Part shown: positions 1 through 11,829 of the stretch, piece after piece
Layout: each line of letters starts with the position of its first letter
Position numbering within the stretch: the stretch's first letter is position 1
Assembly: GCA_012295275.1 (NCBI GenBank)
Contig: CM022678.1
Location: 10,726,001 to 10,790,000, forward strand
DNA: 64,000 nucleotides
Direction of reading: 5' to 3'
Source of the DNA: Chrysomallon squamiferum
Lineage: Eukaryota > Animalia > Mollusca
The notes under the pieces: model-generated
Database searches by the model: none
Seen by the model: the letters and a program-made list of their open reading frames with translations, nothing else
Told to the model about the DNA's origin: nothing
Made by a program: the position numbers and the translations under genes

Positions 1-1033
1 AGGAGGCTTCACTGACACCATCACCCATGTCTCCTCCAACAGCTCCTTGATCTGGTTAGGAGCCCCATCCTATAACTCTTTAATAGCTTCTTGACATTTT
101 CTCCTTCTGGTATCAGTATCCTTGGTTAATAATAATAATAGTAATAACAACAACAACAACAACAACAATATAATAGTAATTATAATAATAATAACAATAA
201 TAATGACAGTAACAATAGTAATAATAATAATAGTATAATAATAAAAGTGAAAGTAATTCTAATAACAATAATAATAATAGTAGTAATAATAGTAACAATA
301 CTAGTAGCAGTAGTAGCAACAGTAATGATATCAAAGGTAATAATATAAGTAGTAGTTATGATAGTAGTTTAAGGTATAGTAGTATTTTTAGTAGTAACAT
401 TATAATTTTGCTTTAACATCTATCAGCTTTTTGTTGGAGATAGATAAAGATATGTAATTTTATTCTCACCTTATATACCGTTCCAAATACTTCGGAGCCA
501 ACAATTCCTCCTTGTTTCAGTTCAGATTCTTTTATCAGTTTAAGCTGGGTGGGGTCAGGTTTAACTGTCAGGGGCTGAAATAAAAACATTTATTTATAGA
601 TGTGTGTGTGTCTTTACCATCCTGCGTCCTGCATTTGTATCAGATTAAGAACCACTGGCTAACATTATGTTTATAATTTTGTACATAAAAAAAATCATTT
701 GAATGTGACATTACTGAAGGACAAATGTTTTGGTAAATATACAATATAAACATATTACATAAAAAAGTTACTGTACACAGAAATGTGAATAAAATATCTA
801 TCATGTATATATCTGTCTATAAAACAGGTAAGTGTGTGTGTATCAACAGATCAGTCTGATAAAAGAAACTCACTCAGTTTCTTCATGACCAGACATCTTA
901 GCTCTGATTGCCTCAGTCTTCCTCTTCACCTTTGCTCTCTTGGGTCAGTGATATCGAAATTCAGCCACAATACACCCAATCAGAAACAATCCCCTATAAC
1001 TGAGTTTATTACAGTTTTCTTCTTTTCATCACA
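1..1033 (-). pseudogene. EGFR: EGFR/ErbB-family receptor tyrosine kinase fragment: three degenerate exons (~874-1033 TM/juxtamembrane; 470-574 and 1-~121 kinase N-lobe)
   Basis: 470-574 is AG/GT-bounded and reads PLTVKPDPTQLKLIKESELKQGGIVGSEVFGTVYK (EGFR: PLTP...LGSGAFGTVYK, with the intron after VYK as in EGFR). 1-121 reads IPEGENVK/AIKEL*DGAPNQIKELLEETWVMVSV with frameshifts and a TAG. 874-1033 reads TVINSVIG/LFLIGCIVAEFRYH*PKRAKVKRKTEAIRAKMSGHEET. The Gly-loop is damaged (GSEVFG). Confidence 0.85.
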
Positions 1034-2510
1034 GTGAAAATAAAACAACACATTCAGAAAATCTGAAACTATGTAAAATGAAAATAATAACAATAACAAT
1101 AATAATAAAAACAAAAACAATAACAATAACAATAATAATAAAAATAATATAACAATAACAATAAAATTAAAATAATTCGTCATGTAAAAGCTGGTAACAT
1201 ATTTTCTAAACCCCAGAGCTCCACAGCTGTTTATGAGAAGGTTCACATAAAATAGCCCTTCCTGCTGATCAGTAAAAACAGACCATGTGTCAGATGGTTT
1301 CTACTCTCTCTTATCAGCATCATACCACAATCCCAGGCTTAATATTTAATACTTCAGTCTTCTCAGTGAATCACTCATTTCACTCACTGAGCAATTTGAC
1401 ATTCAACACTGAATTAACTTGTTAATTAACTATGTTTTCTGTTAATATTTTAATTATGACTGCTGTTGAGTTAAATCCTATGTTAACAAATACCCAGTTC
1501 GATTTATAATTATCTTAGTTAATAACGTAATGGGAATATAAATATCTCAGTTAATTAGTTTTCTTGTTACTCAAGTTAATTAACTCAGTTAATAAGGTTA
1601 ATCATGTTATTTAGTTAACTGACTAAGATAATAAATTAGTTGTTTCAGTTGTAAAAGTTAATTAACTCAGTTAATAAGGGCCCACACATTTAAACATCTT
1701 GGATGTTTTATTAAGGCTCAGTCTTGGGTAACAAGGTGCTTTAATGGCCACCTAACAGGGAAGATAAACACTAAATTGACAGCATTCTATATAAATCAGT
1801 ACGTAAATGTATCCACTAGACAAATAAACAGAACACAAGTTGAGGTACAAGTTAATTATTTAATTATGATATACAGGTGACTTGATAATAATACGTTATA
1901 CAATCCTAAAACATATGTTTATGTAATTTAGATTAATGATACGAGAAAGGTCATATGGGGAACCAAGACAAAATAAGAATCTGCACGGAGAACACAGTAA
2001 AACATTAAATGTTACTGACACAGTTTAATCGCACATTACACCATATTAAAATAAAAATAGACAATTGCTTACCATACTTGTCTGTAAAGACAACGTCTTT
2101 CAAAAACTTTGGTTTCCCCTCCTGACTGATCTCTCGCGTTGACTTTTTCCTGCTCTATTTAATCTCCAAGTGCTGCACTTTTATAACAACACCATGGAGT
2201 TGAAAAATTGGTGATATGATTGTGGTTACAATCTGTTAATCAATTTCAATTCAGTGATGTAAGGCAAATCATGTTATTTAGTTAACTAAGATAACCAATT
2301 CAGTTGTTTCCGTTATATCAGTTAATTATCTCAGTTATCAAGTTAATCAACTCAGTTAATTTTCACAAAAACACACACACACAGAGATTGAAAAAGAAAA
2401 TACAGATTGAAGAGTGTTAAGTAGAATGAGAGTGATAAAGATGGTAAAGAAAGAAATCAGAAAATAAAAACAAAGAGATATTTACACGCTAGAATATGCA
2501 GAACATAAGA

Positions 2511-2604
<94 letters not shown>

Positions 2605-2677
2605 GCAAAAAAAAAAATAGTCATTTAAAATTTATAAAATTCAAAAAAAAGTGTTTACTTTAATAAAAAACAATTAC

Positions 2678-2872
2678 CTGATGTAAGCTTAACTAAATCG
2701 TCAATGACAGATACACAAAGATCAGGATTATTTCCAATGTCCACATCTTTCAAAGAAAGGAGTTTTCCATGGAAACGTTCTACCAGAAACTCCAACAGCT
2801 GATTGGTTAAACAACTGCAGTTCAGACTTAATTCTTGTACAGAACTTGTGTCTGATCTGGATTCTGGAATTC
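2678..2872 (-). pseudogene. Isolated exon encoding RI-like leucine-rich repeats
   Basis: tatttcAG...GTaa bounded, 195 nt, phase 1/1, open: IPESRSDTSSVQELSLNCSCLTNQLLEFLVERFHGKLLSLKDVDIGNNPDLCVSVIDDLVKLTS (LxLxxCxL and VDIGNN motifs). Confidence 0.6.
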
Positions 2873-2997
2873 CTGAAATAAATGAAAAACAGTATTAAGA
2901 AACTTGGCAACTATATCTTAACTATCAGCAGAAAAAAAAAAAAAGCTCAGAAAATATGATAGGAGTTTCATATCAGTGGAGCCTACACTCTTAGCAC

Positions 2998-3036
<39 letters not shown>

Positions 3037-3835
3037 ATAATATGATAGAAGTTTCATGTCAATAGATATCAAATTAAACCACTATAAATAAACAAACAAA
3101 TAAATAAATAAGAGTAGTAATAGTGGTAATAGTTGTAGTATTAGTAGTAACAGTAATAGTAATAGTGATAAGTGTTAGTAGTAATAGTACTAGTAATAAT
3201 TGCAGCAGTAACAGTGATAGTGATAACTGTGGTAGAATTAGCTTGGGTTGAATAGTAGTAGTAAATACAATAAGAGGAGTCAGTAAATAACTGCAGACAC
3301 CACAGAAGTAGTAGTAGTAGAAGTAGTAGTAGTAGTAATAGTAGTGTAAGAAAAATAGCATTAACATGTGTAGAAATAGCAGTAAGACATAGTGGTAAAT
3401 AGATATATAGTTGTTGCTAATAGATTTAGTGTGTTGAAAGTCACTGTTAGTAACTATTTTTTCAGTAGTAGAATAACAGTAGTAACAGAGGTAATAGCTG
3501 AAGTAGCAATATTAGTAGCTAACTGATAATACTGGACAATTAATAATAACAATGACAATAATAATATTAATAATAACAATAACAATAACAATAATAATGA
3601 CAATAATAATAAGAAGAAGAAGAAGAGAAAATAAGAATTTGTTTTTCACAATTATACATAAATATAAAAATAATTTCTTGTTACTGGGTTTTATTCTTAT
3701 TATTATTGTTATTACTACTACTACTACTACTACCACTATTATTAGTATTACTATTATTATTACTATTATTATTGTTATTACTACTACTACTACTACTACC
3801 ACTATTATTAGTATTACTATTATTATTACTATTAC

Positions 3836-3890
<55 letters not shown>

Positions 3891-3919
3891 AACATTTTAT
3901 AAGTTATAATTAAGATTAC

Positions 3920-4042
3920 TCTCTCAGTGTCTGTTTTGTTGGTGGTGAGGCTAAGGAAGATCACTGTTGTGTTAGAACACATTGCCAAACACACAACTCG
4001 GAAAGCCTGGGGTCCAAAACTGTTTCCTGATAAATTTAAAAC
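3920..4042 (-). pseudogene. Isolated exon encoding an RI-like leucine-rich repeat
   Basis: ctAG...GTaa bounded, 123 nt, phase 0/0, open: VLNLSGNSFGPQAFRVVCLAMCSNTTVIFLSLTTNKTDTER (LxLxxNxF/I, NxxV/LxxLxL). Confidence 0.7.
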
Positions 4043-5090
4043 CTAGTTTAAAAATAAATAAATAAACAAAAATAAAGGTGTTAATAATGAATGAAAATAT
4101 AGAATACTAAATTATTCAGTAATTGTAACATTAACTAAAATAATGAAAAGATTAATAATAATGAATGTAAATATCCAATATTATGTAATTCAGTATGATT
4201 ATATTTTAAATAAATCAAAAATATTAAGAAAATTAATAACTAAATAAATAAATGATAGACAAATACATACAAACATTAGGTATACAGACAGAAGGTAGAT
4301 AGAAAGATTCATAAATAAATAAAAATAAATAAAATAAAAATAATCAGCTGTCTACTAAAACTTGTTTATCAATCATTTTTATAAATTGCCATAAACAATT
4401 CAGTGTGTTTCTAATTATGCATAATGAAGACTCGTATCAGAAATACGTTTTGCACATAATCAGCTAATAACAAATATTTTCAACACTTGTGAATTAATAA
4501 AAGCTGGTGCAATATCATGATGAAACAAATACAGCATTATCCCATTTAGTTACATCATTATGAATGAAATATTTTAGTGAAACTAGAAAAATGAAGACTG
4601 GTGAATATGTATAAGAATTATTTTGATAACAGTTGTAGTAGTGGAAGTAATAATAATACTGATGTTAATAACACTAATAATAATAGATTTTGAATAATAA
4701 AAATAACAATAATTATCTCAATATTAGTACATAATAATAATACAAAAAAATGTTTATGGTCACTAAGAGTGAATTACAAATTCAATAGTTTAAAAAAGAT
4801 AAAAGAGACACATCTGTTATCAATGATCATGAGAGATAGTAAACTACTTTTGATTGGCTAATATGTCTGAGAAAAACATTTTGATTTCACTGGCTTGTCT
4901 GTTGTACCACTGTGTTGTATTATTTCTTCAGATGAAACTGGTAATCCTTTGACACCGACTGACACAAACATTTTCTTTAGTTCATCAATGGTAATTTAAA
5001 TTAGGTGTTTTCTGTAATGTCTGTTTCGTTCATCACTCACCGAATTTTGTTACAATCATAGCGATTGGTTAATTATAAATCCCAGATCTG

Positions 5091-7401
5091 CTATAATGAA
5101 GTCTCATTGGTCAGTGGCCTAACAGTGTCTATCTCAAGCACTTCAATTCTTTGTTTGAGCAGTTTTATCTGTCTCATGTAGTGATCTGTCATCCCCTGTA
5201 ACTGAGTCTCAGGTTTCTTCAGCTTGCTCTGGTACTTCTTCTTTGCTTTATCAAACGCTGATATCAAGACACTGGAGGCAAAATAAATAAACAAATAAAT
5301 AAAATTAGTTTATGGTATTAAGGCACCATGGGGGAAAATAAAGGAAAATAAAGATATAATATTAGATAGGTCACTTATATTACAGAAATGCTAATGCTAT
5401 CAGTACAAAACATAACAAAAAGAAGATAAAAATTAGATGCAATAATTTATGTTAGAAATATATAAATGTAACTCTTTCAACTGTAACAAAAATGTAACAG
5501 TTTATCCTCTAACTCTCTCAATTGTAACAATTTATTCTGCAACTTTCAACAGCAACAAAATGTAACAATTTATCCTCTAGCTTTTTCAACTGTAACAAAA
5601 TGAAACAATTTATCATGTAATTCTTTCAACTGTAACAAAAATGTCACAATTTATTCTATAACTCTTTCAGCTGTAAACAAAAATGGAATAATTTATCCTT
5701 TAACTATTTTCATATAAACTTTAAAAAAAGTGTATTTACTAACAACTTAACAGTACTTTTTTAAAGAATGTAACAATTTCATGCAGTTAATAATTTAACT
5801 GTTACTCTTTCAGAGAAAAGCTTAATGCAGAAATTATTAACAGAAGCCATACTATATAATTGAAGGAAAAAGCAGTCTTAATAATTAAGTTTTGTGTTTT
5901 AATTATACCTACAAATAAAAATGCAAATATAATTATTTTAATATTTATGCGGAGTTACCTTTCTTTTCAACTTCTCCCTGTCATCATTAATATATTCAAT
6001 AAGCTACATAGCTGTGTAAGTTCTATTTCCTGTCTGCCTATCTGTTTTTGACTTTCAGCGTTGTCTAAAACAAAAACAAAAAAAAAAAACAACAAAACAA
6101 AAACATTTATAATTATTCTCGGTTTTAATGTTGTGTATACAGTGATTTAGTAATTAAAGAAAAAAAAAACATGAAGCGAATTTTAATTTTATTTGTAAAT
6201 TTAATTATATTTTTCTCTTCTGATCAAATTAACTGATTGAAAGAATATCTAATTTTAATTATATATTTATTTGTTACTTTTTTTAAAATTCCTTTCAACA
6301 GTAAGTAAATAAGAAAAAATATTAATTTTAATTACATATTTATTTGGTACTTTTCTTTTTAATGCCTTCTAACAGTAAGTAAATGAGAAAAAAGAATATT
6401 TAAATTCATTACCTGGACTCGCAGTCTGGGAGCCATTTGGATTATTCTTGTTGATACTTCCTCCATCATCTTCAAACTCATCGTCTTCTCTACAAAGAAA
6501 GGAAAAAAAAAACTAATTATCAAATTTCTTTACACTTTCTGAAATTTGGTATTTTCAACAAATTCCTAGAAATTATTTCTTAGTCTTTCATTAAACACAG
6601 TGAAGAACAGCAAGCTAAAGGTGTTGTTTTACATCTGAAGAATGACTGACGACTCATACAATGAAAGAAAACAATGGTTAAAGGTCTTCAGATATTTCTG
6701 GAATTTCAGGTTTTCAGGAATCTTTCCTTGTGCATTATAAACAGTGAGAAACCAGCAAACAAATGGTATTATTTAAAAATAAATAATGACAAGCCAAAGC
6801 TATGTTTCATTATGTGACCAGATATATTATATTATTGCTTTCATCATTGCATTAAAAACAGTGAAGAACTGCAAACTCACATTATATATTATTTAATAAA
6901 GACCACTGACCTGATGACGTTAATCTGCTGTCTGTCTGTTTTCTTCATCAGCTCTGCAATGACGTGTGAAGTTCAGTGACGCGTCACTCGTAGCGTTCCG
7001 CTGTCTGGTCAACTCTGTCATCGAAGTCTTTCTGAATCTTCTCAGTCTTAGTGACAACAAACAATCAGATTTCATAATAAACACATACAATAATAATTAA
7101 ACAGACAGGATAAGAAAATTATTTATTAATGGTATACGCAGTTATAAAATTAAAAAAATAATAATAATAAAATAATAGTACATAACAAAATATTCGTTAA
7201 CTGTAAATGCAATTATAAAATAAAAAATAATAGCTTTGCTTTTAGTTAGAGTTAGTTAAATTGTTTTAAAAGTTTATTAATTTTAATTTACTATATAAAT
7301 CGCTATATATCAATATTAATATTTGTGGGATTCTTTGAAATATTAAATTACCTAAATTTTTAAAAATGATTTATTAATGGTATATGCAATTATAAAATTA
7401 A

Positions 7402-7453
<52 letters not shown>

Positions 7454-8150
7454 TATTATTATTATTAAACTACTTAATTAAAAACAATAAAATTTAAAAA
7501 TATTTAGAATCACTAAAATATTTGAAGTTTTGAATGTTTCTTGTATATATCTGTGTCTATTAATATATTTGTAAATCAAAAACATACAGACTAAACATTC
7601 TCAATATTTAAAATCAACAGACTTATTTTTAATGAATTTGATTTTGTATATATTGTATTTATTGGAACTATGTATTTATTCTGTGTTTTAGTGTCTAAAA
7701 CATCAAAAATAAGTAATCACATAAATACATAAATATAACCAAATAAGGAAGCAAGTAAATAAATAATAAAACTTTTTTACATTTAAATTTAATCATCACA
7801 TTAACATAAATATATTTCTAAATCTTTACCAGAACGATAGCCTGAATAACATTAAATCATCACCAAGAGTTATTCCAAAACATGTTGTTTTCTAGACAGG
7901 CTATCTTCTTATTACTGTTACCAGAATAACAACATTAAAAGTCAGTTGGAGATAAAATTTCAGTTTAATACCAGGATAAAAAATTTTAAAACTAAAAACA
8001 AAATTAAAAAAAAAAAAAAAAAAAAAATTCTTACCTGACATTTAGTCAGGTTTTTTTCCCTAACTGATCTCTTTCAGCTACTACATGTGCTAACCTGTTG
8101 TTCAGCTCGATTATCTCCCCTTTCAGAGAGGCCAAGGCCATCTGGTGAAG
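5091..8150 (-). pseudogene. MCC: MCC (colorectal mutant cancer protein)-like unprocessed, internally deleted pseudogene; exons 8035-8150, 6911-7046, 6413-6489, 5959-6064, 5091-5271
   Basis: Exons read LHQMALASLKGEIIELNNRL (MCC LHSAALASLKGDIVELNKRL); RYE*RVTELH/VIAELMKK (MCC RYEERITELHSVIAELNKK); REDDEF; QEIELTQL../IEYINDDREKLKRK; and terminal ISAFDKAKKKYQSKLKK...LLKQRIEVLE...RPLTNETSL* (MCC C-terminal PDZ motif NETSL). All are AG/GT bounded. One in-frame TGA and at least 3 frameshifts. Confidence 0.9.
5470..5720. repeat. ~40-bp minisatellite, ~6-7 degenerate units
   Basis: Recurrent aactctttcaactgtaacaaaaatgtaacaatttatcct. Confidence 0.8.
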
Positions 8151-8722
8151 CTGGGGAAGAAAAGAAAGATCTTTGAATTGTTTGTGGTTGTAACCAAATT
8201 AAAACATATTTTTTGTGAATTATTTGTGATTCAATCCTTTTTATCATTTCTAAACCTAATTAATGTAAAGACACTGATAATGAAAATAATAATAATAATA
8301 ATTTTATAAATATTGGTGAGAATTAAATAATCCAAAAGACAATAATAATATAAAAATATATTATTCATTTCAATTATTAGACATCTCTGTTACCTGCTAA
8401 ATTAAACACTGGAAACAAAATATAATAAAAATTTGTTACTGAATAATTAATTTTATAAACAATTTTCAAATTTAATGCAAGAACAAAATGTTCTGTTCTG
8501 TACTTTATTCAACAACTGAAGAATCCACTAGATTACAGTGACTGCAAGTCTCCACCAATGAAATTCCATCAATCTAACACGTCATTTGCCATATTGAAAT
8601 GTAGATTCGAGTGGGTGAATGTTGCAACCAGCAAATAGTAAACAAATAAAATAAAACTTAGTTACACCTTTCATCATCAAAACTCAAAATCATTTTAGTA
8701 ACAAACTACATAACAACCTTAC

Positions 8723-9773
8723 CAGACACAGAATCAGCTACTCCACCAGTCTAAACACAATCAAATTCAAACACAAAACTAAACTTTAGCTGTGGAATTT
8801 CTGAAACCATGTAACATTACTTATTTCTCTGTCCACATTATTTCAGTGAACATCTAATGCTATATGACACATTCAATGAATTAAAAATTGAATTTACACT
8901 CAAAAACATCTTGATAGAAACAGTGAAAAACTGAGAGCCAAACTTTAATTCAATCAAATAAATAGACACAAATGTTTAGTTAATTAAATTCAAAACATAA
9001 CATAAAATAGCACAGACACATAGGTAAAAAAAAAAAATATATATATATAAAATAGCACACAATAACAAACAAAACAAAAAGCAATACACCAATACAAAAT
9101 AATTGTATCAATTATTTAATTACTAGATTAACTGACTCACCAACTGATAGATTTCTAACACAGAACTTCAGAACATATTTTAAAAGTTCCTCATTTTCTA
9201 GACACAAGGAAGTAAACTGGTTCTGGCTGGAGTGGGCTGTTTGGAATGTGAACTTTCTGTACTGACAAGTCAAACTGATGAAGACAATTAGCTTTTTCTT
9301 AAAAATAAAAATGAAAACAAAATTTAAAATAACAAACAAAAACATACTGCAATATAAAATAAATTAATCTAAGAATTAATAAAATATCCTTAAAATTATA
9401 TCACTTAATATATAAAAATTACATCACTTAATATATAAAAATTACAGATTATTCAAATGAATTCTTACCCTGTGCAATAGCAGTCTGTTGATACTCCCTC
9501 CAAAGTGAAGATTTAGTCTCACATGCAAAAAGATTTTCAAATCATTACCTTTGAATCCTGTGACTGACTCAGAAAAAATTAATCATAATCTTGAGGAAAA
9601 TGTTTCAGAAATTGAACTATCCTTTTTCTGTCTTCACATGTAAGGTATGTGAATTAATTTTCTTCTGCCAGATTTCTTTTCTCTCTCGGAGTTACCCCAT
9701 TCGTGCTGTGAGTTTGTTCTGACTAATCCTGTAAAAAAGCAATAAAAGATATAAACAGACACCAGTAACCCCC

Positions 9774-9822
<49 letters not shown>

Positions 9823-9992
9823 TCAAATGTGCTCTATAAAAATGAGGGAGAAATTACAAATTAATTGCCGCCTAAATAGGAAAAATATTAATAAAAAAAA
9901 CATACAAGTTCTCTCTGCTTTGTTCATTGGAATGCTTTGAAGAACTTCCAGAAGTATCATATCTTTTTCAGCAGCAAAACAAAAAAAAAAAT
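8723..9992 (-). pseudogene. Unidentified exon-like relics (about 9906-9992, 9469-9728, 9141-9275, 8723-8751)
   Basis: GC-richer islands, each bounded on the - strand by polypyrimidine-AG and GTAAG/GTGAG/GTATG. No continuous ORF and no donor gene recognised. Confidence 0.45.
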
Positions 9993-10371
9993 CTGAAATC
10001 TTATAATACTTACACAGTGGTAAATTAGTTGAAATAACTGTCCTAATTCAGATGATAACATTTTTTATTTTATAAAAATCATTTTAATGAGTCTTGTTTA
10101 TCCAGTTAAAATATATTACAATTGATTAAACATAAAATTTCTGATTTCCAAATTTAATTCAATAACTGTCTCTAACATGAATAAATAATATTACTCTAGA
10201 AGAACTGACTTTTTTCTTCTTCTTCTTATGAATATGTATTACTGACATTTTCAACTTGAGACAAATGTCTTTCAAGTTGATGATTATGGACCTTATGTCG
10301 GTTCGAAATTAAAAAAAAATTGATGTTTAGTCGCGCAAAAAATTGTTTTTGGATCATCTTATAACACTATT

Positions 10372-10476
10372 AATAATTTTATAGCAAATATTTATTTCAC
10401 ATAAAAGTTTGTTCATAATTCGATAAATTGAAAGTATCGGCTTACCTTAATTTGTCAACATATAAAAAGAAGTACG
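10372..10476 (-). promoter_or_regulatory. Dispersed ~130-bp module with splice donor, copy A
   Basis: Reverse complement atgttgacaaattaagGTAAGccgatactttcaatttatcgaattatgaacaaacttttatgtgaaataaatatttgc aligns with 11150-11250 and 22505-22600. The promoter/first-exon role is inferred. Confidence 0.6.
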
Positions 10477-10572
10477 AAATTTCTTTATTAATTAAAATAG
10501 CCCAAAATAATGTAGCCCTAGTTATACAAATCAGCTGGTAAGACATTTTCAAACAAACCTTGACAAAAATGG

Positions 10573-10673
<101 letters not shown>

Positions 10674-10907
10674 TTATAGTATTATACGCTTGGATTTTTC
10701 AAAAGAAACAAAAATTAAAGGAAAGCAACATGGAATGACAGTGAGTAAAGTTTAGCGTGTGTCAAAAATAAGAAAATCAATGACTTTCCTCTATAAAATA
10801 TGCAGGTGTTCAACTTTTCTTTTTAGTAGTCTTTCTTTATTTCTTTATTTCTTTTATTTTTTATTTTTATTTATTTTTTTTCTGGTTAAGTAATCCTACC
10901 GGAATTG

Positions 10908-11133
10908 AAAACGAAAAACAATTGCAAATACATGGTTATAGAGTTATCTTCCATGATAACTAGTTCCGTTAACCAACCGATAATAATTTAGGTAACGCTC
11001 AAAAAGTTCGCTAAATGTTTTCGTTGGCTTCTCTTTAGCGAATTAAAGGTGGAATTCAAAAGGAAAAACAATAGCAAACAATTAGCTTCAGAGTTATCTC
11101 CTATGATAACTTGATCCGTTAACCAACCGATAA
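10908..11133 (+). promoter_or_regulatory. Direct ~75-bp duplication (10908-10984, 11059-11133) with GTTATC-N6-GATAAC palindrome and CCGTTAACCAACCG
   Basis: gagttatcttccatgataactagttccgttaaccaaccgataat vs gagttatctcctatgataacttgatccgttaaccaaccgataat. The regulatory role is inferred. Confidence 0.5.
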
Positions 11134-11144
11134 TCCTTTAACTT

Positions 11145-11290
11145 AGTGTTTATAAATAGATGTTGGCAACTATGGTAAGCAGATATGTCTAACTTATGGA
11201 ACTATGGGCAAACGTTTTATGTGAAATTAATATTTGCGATAAAATTATTAGAAAATTATTATTTTGTATTATAACTTATAGAAAAAACAG
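11145..11290 (+). promoter_or_regulatory. Dispersed module with splice donor, copy B (inverted relative to copy A)
   Basis: gtgtttataaatagatgttggcaactatgGTAAGcagatatgtctaacttatggaactatgggcaaacgttttatgtgaaattaatatttgc; donor at 11175. Confidence 0.6.
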
Positions 11291-11690
11291 GTCAGAACAT
11301 CTCAGAAAAATGTCCACAGATCTTGGATTCAAAAGATATAGTCACTCCTGAGACACCACATGTAACACTTAATGTAACAGACGGCATAGATCATAGACCC
11401 CACTGTGATAGCCGTAACCAAGCATTAAATCCTCGTAGACATCTTCCCGATAATGAGAACCAGTTTTGTAAATGTAAGTGAGAATGTTGATCCAGTGATC
11501 ACTTCTCCCCATCTATTTACTTGTGGTCCTTTTATTGTGAATATGACAGCTGATGCAGAATGAGAGACATCATCACAAGATGTAAATGCTGCTCCTGTAA
11601 GACGCTCATCTAGGTTACGAGCTGGTCAGCATGGTAATCCTCATAACCTACCCCTCTCTGCAGTTGTTCTGGAAAGTATGGCAACATTTT
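11290..11690 (+). mobile_element. Gypsy-type LTR retrotransposon relic (pol C-terminal tail)
   Basis: About 11578-11665 reads DVNAAPVRRSSRLRAGQHGNPHNLPLSAV, matching the RRSxRxxAGQHSNPHxLP tail that follows integrase in metazoan Gypsy elements. Upstream sequence is degenerate. Confidence 0.6.
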
Positions 11691-11829
11691 ATTTGGGAAA
11701 TCTTTAGAATAGATTAACCATTGGTTCCTATTCTATAGAGCTTAGATTATGTAATGTTTAAAGTGCTAGCAAGATATATTAACATGACTCCTTCCTATTG
11801 GGAGATTTTATTAGCACTTGGAACTGTAT

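Noticed and set aside
3074-3919. Hydrophobic poly-I/V/L ORFs
   Set aside because: Trinucleotide repeats in intronic DNA; only 3920-4042 of ORF 3512-3994 is exon-like.
1-8150. Single functional MCC-LRR-EGFR fusion protein
   Set aside because: In-frame stops, frameshifts, the MCC stop codon and exon-phase conflicts exclude a continuous ORF.
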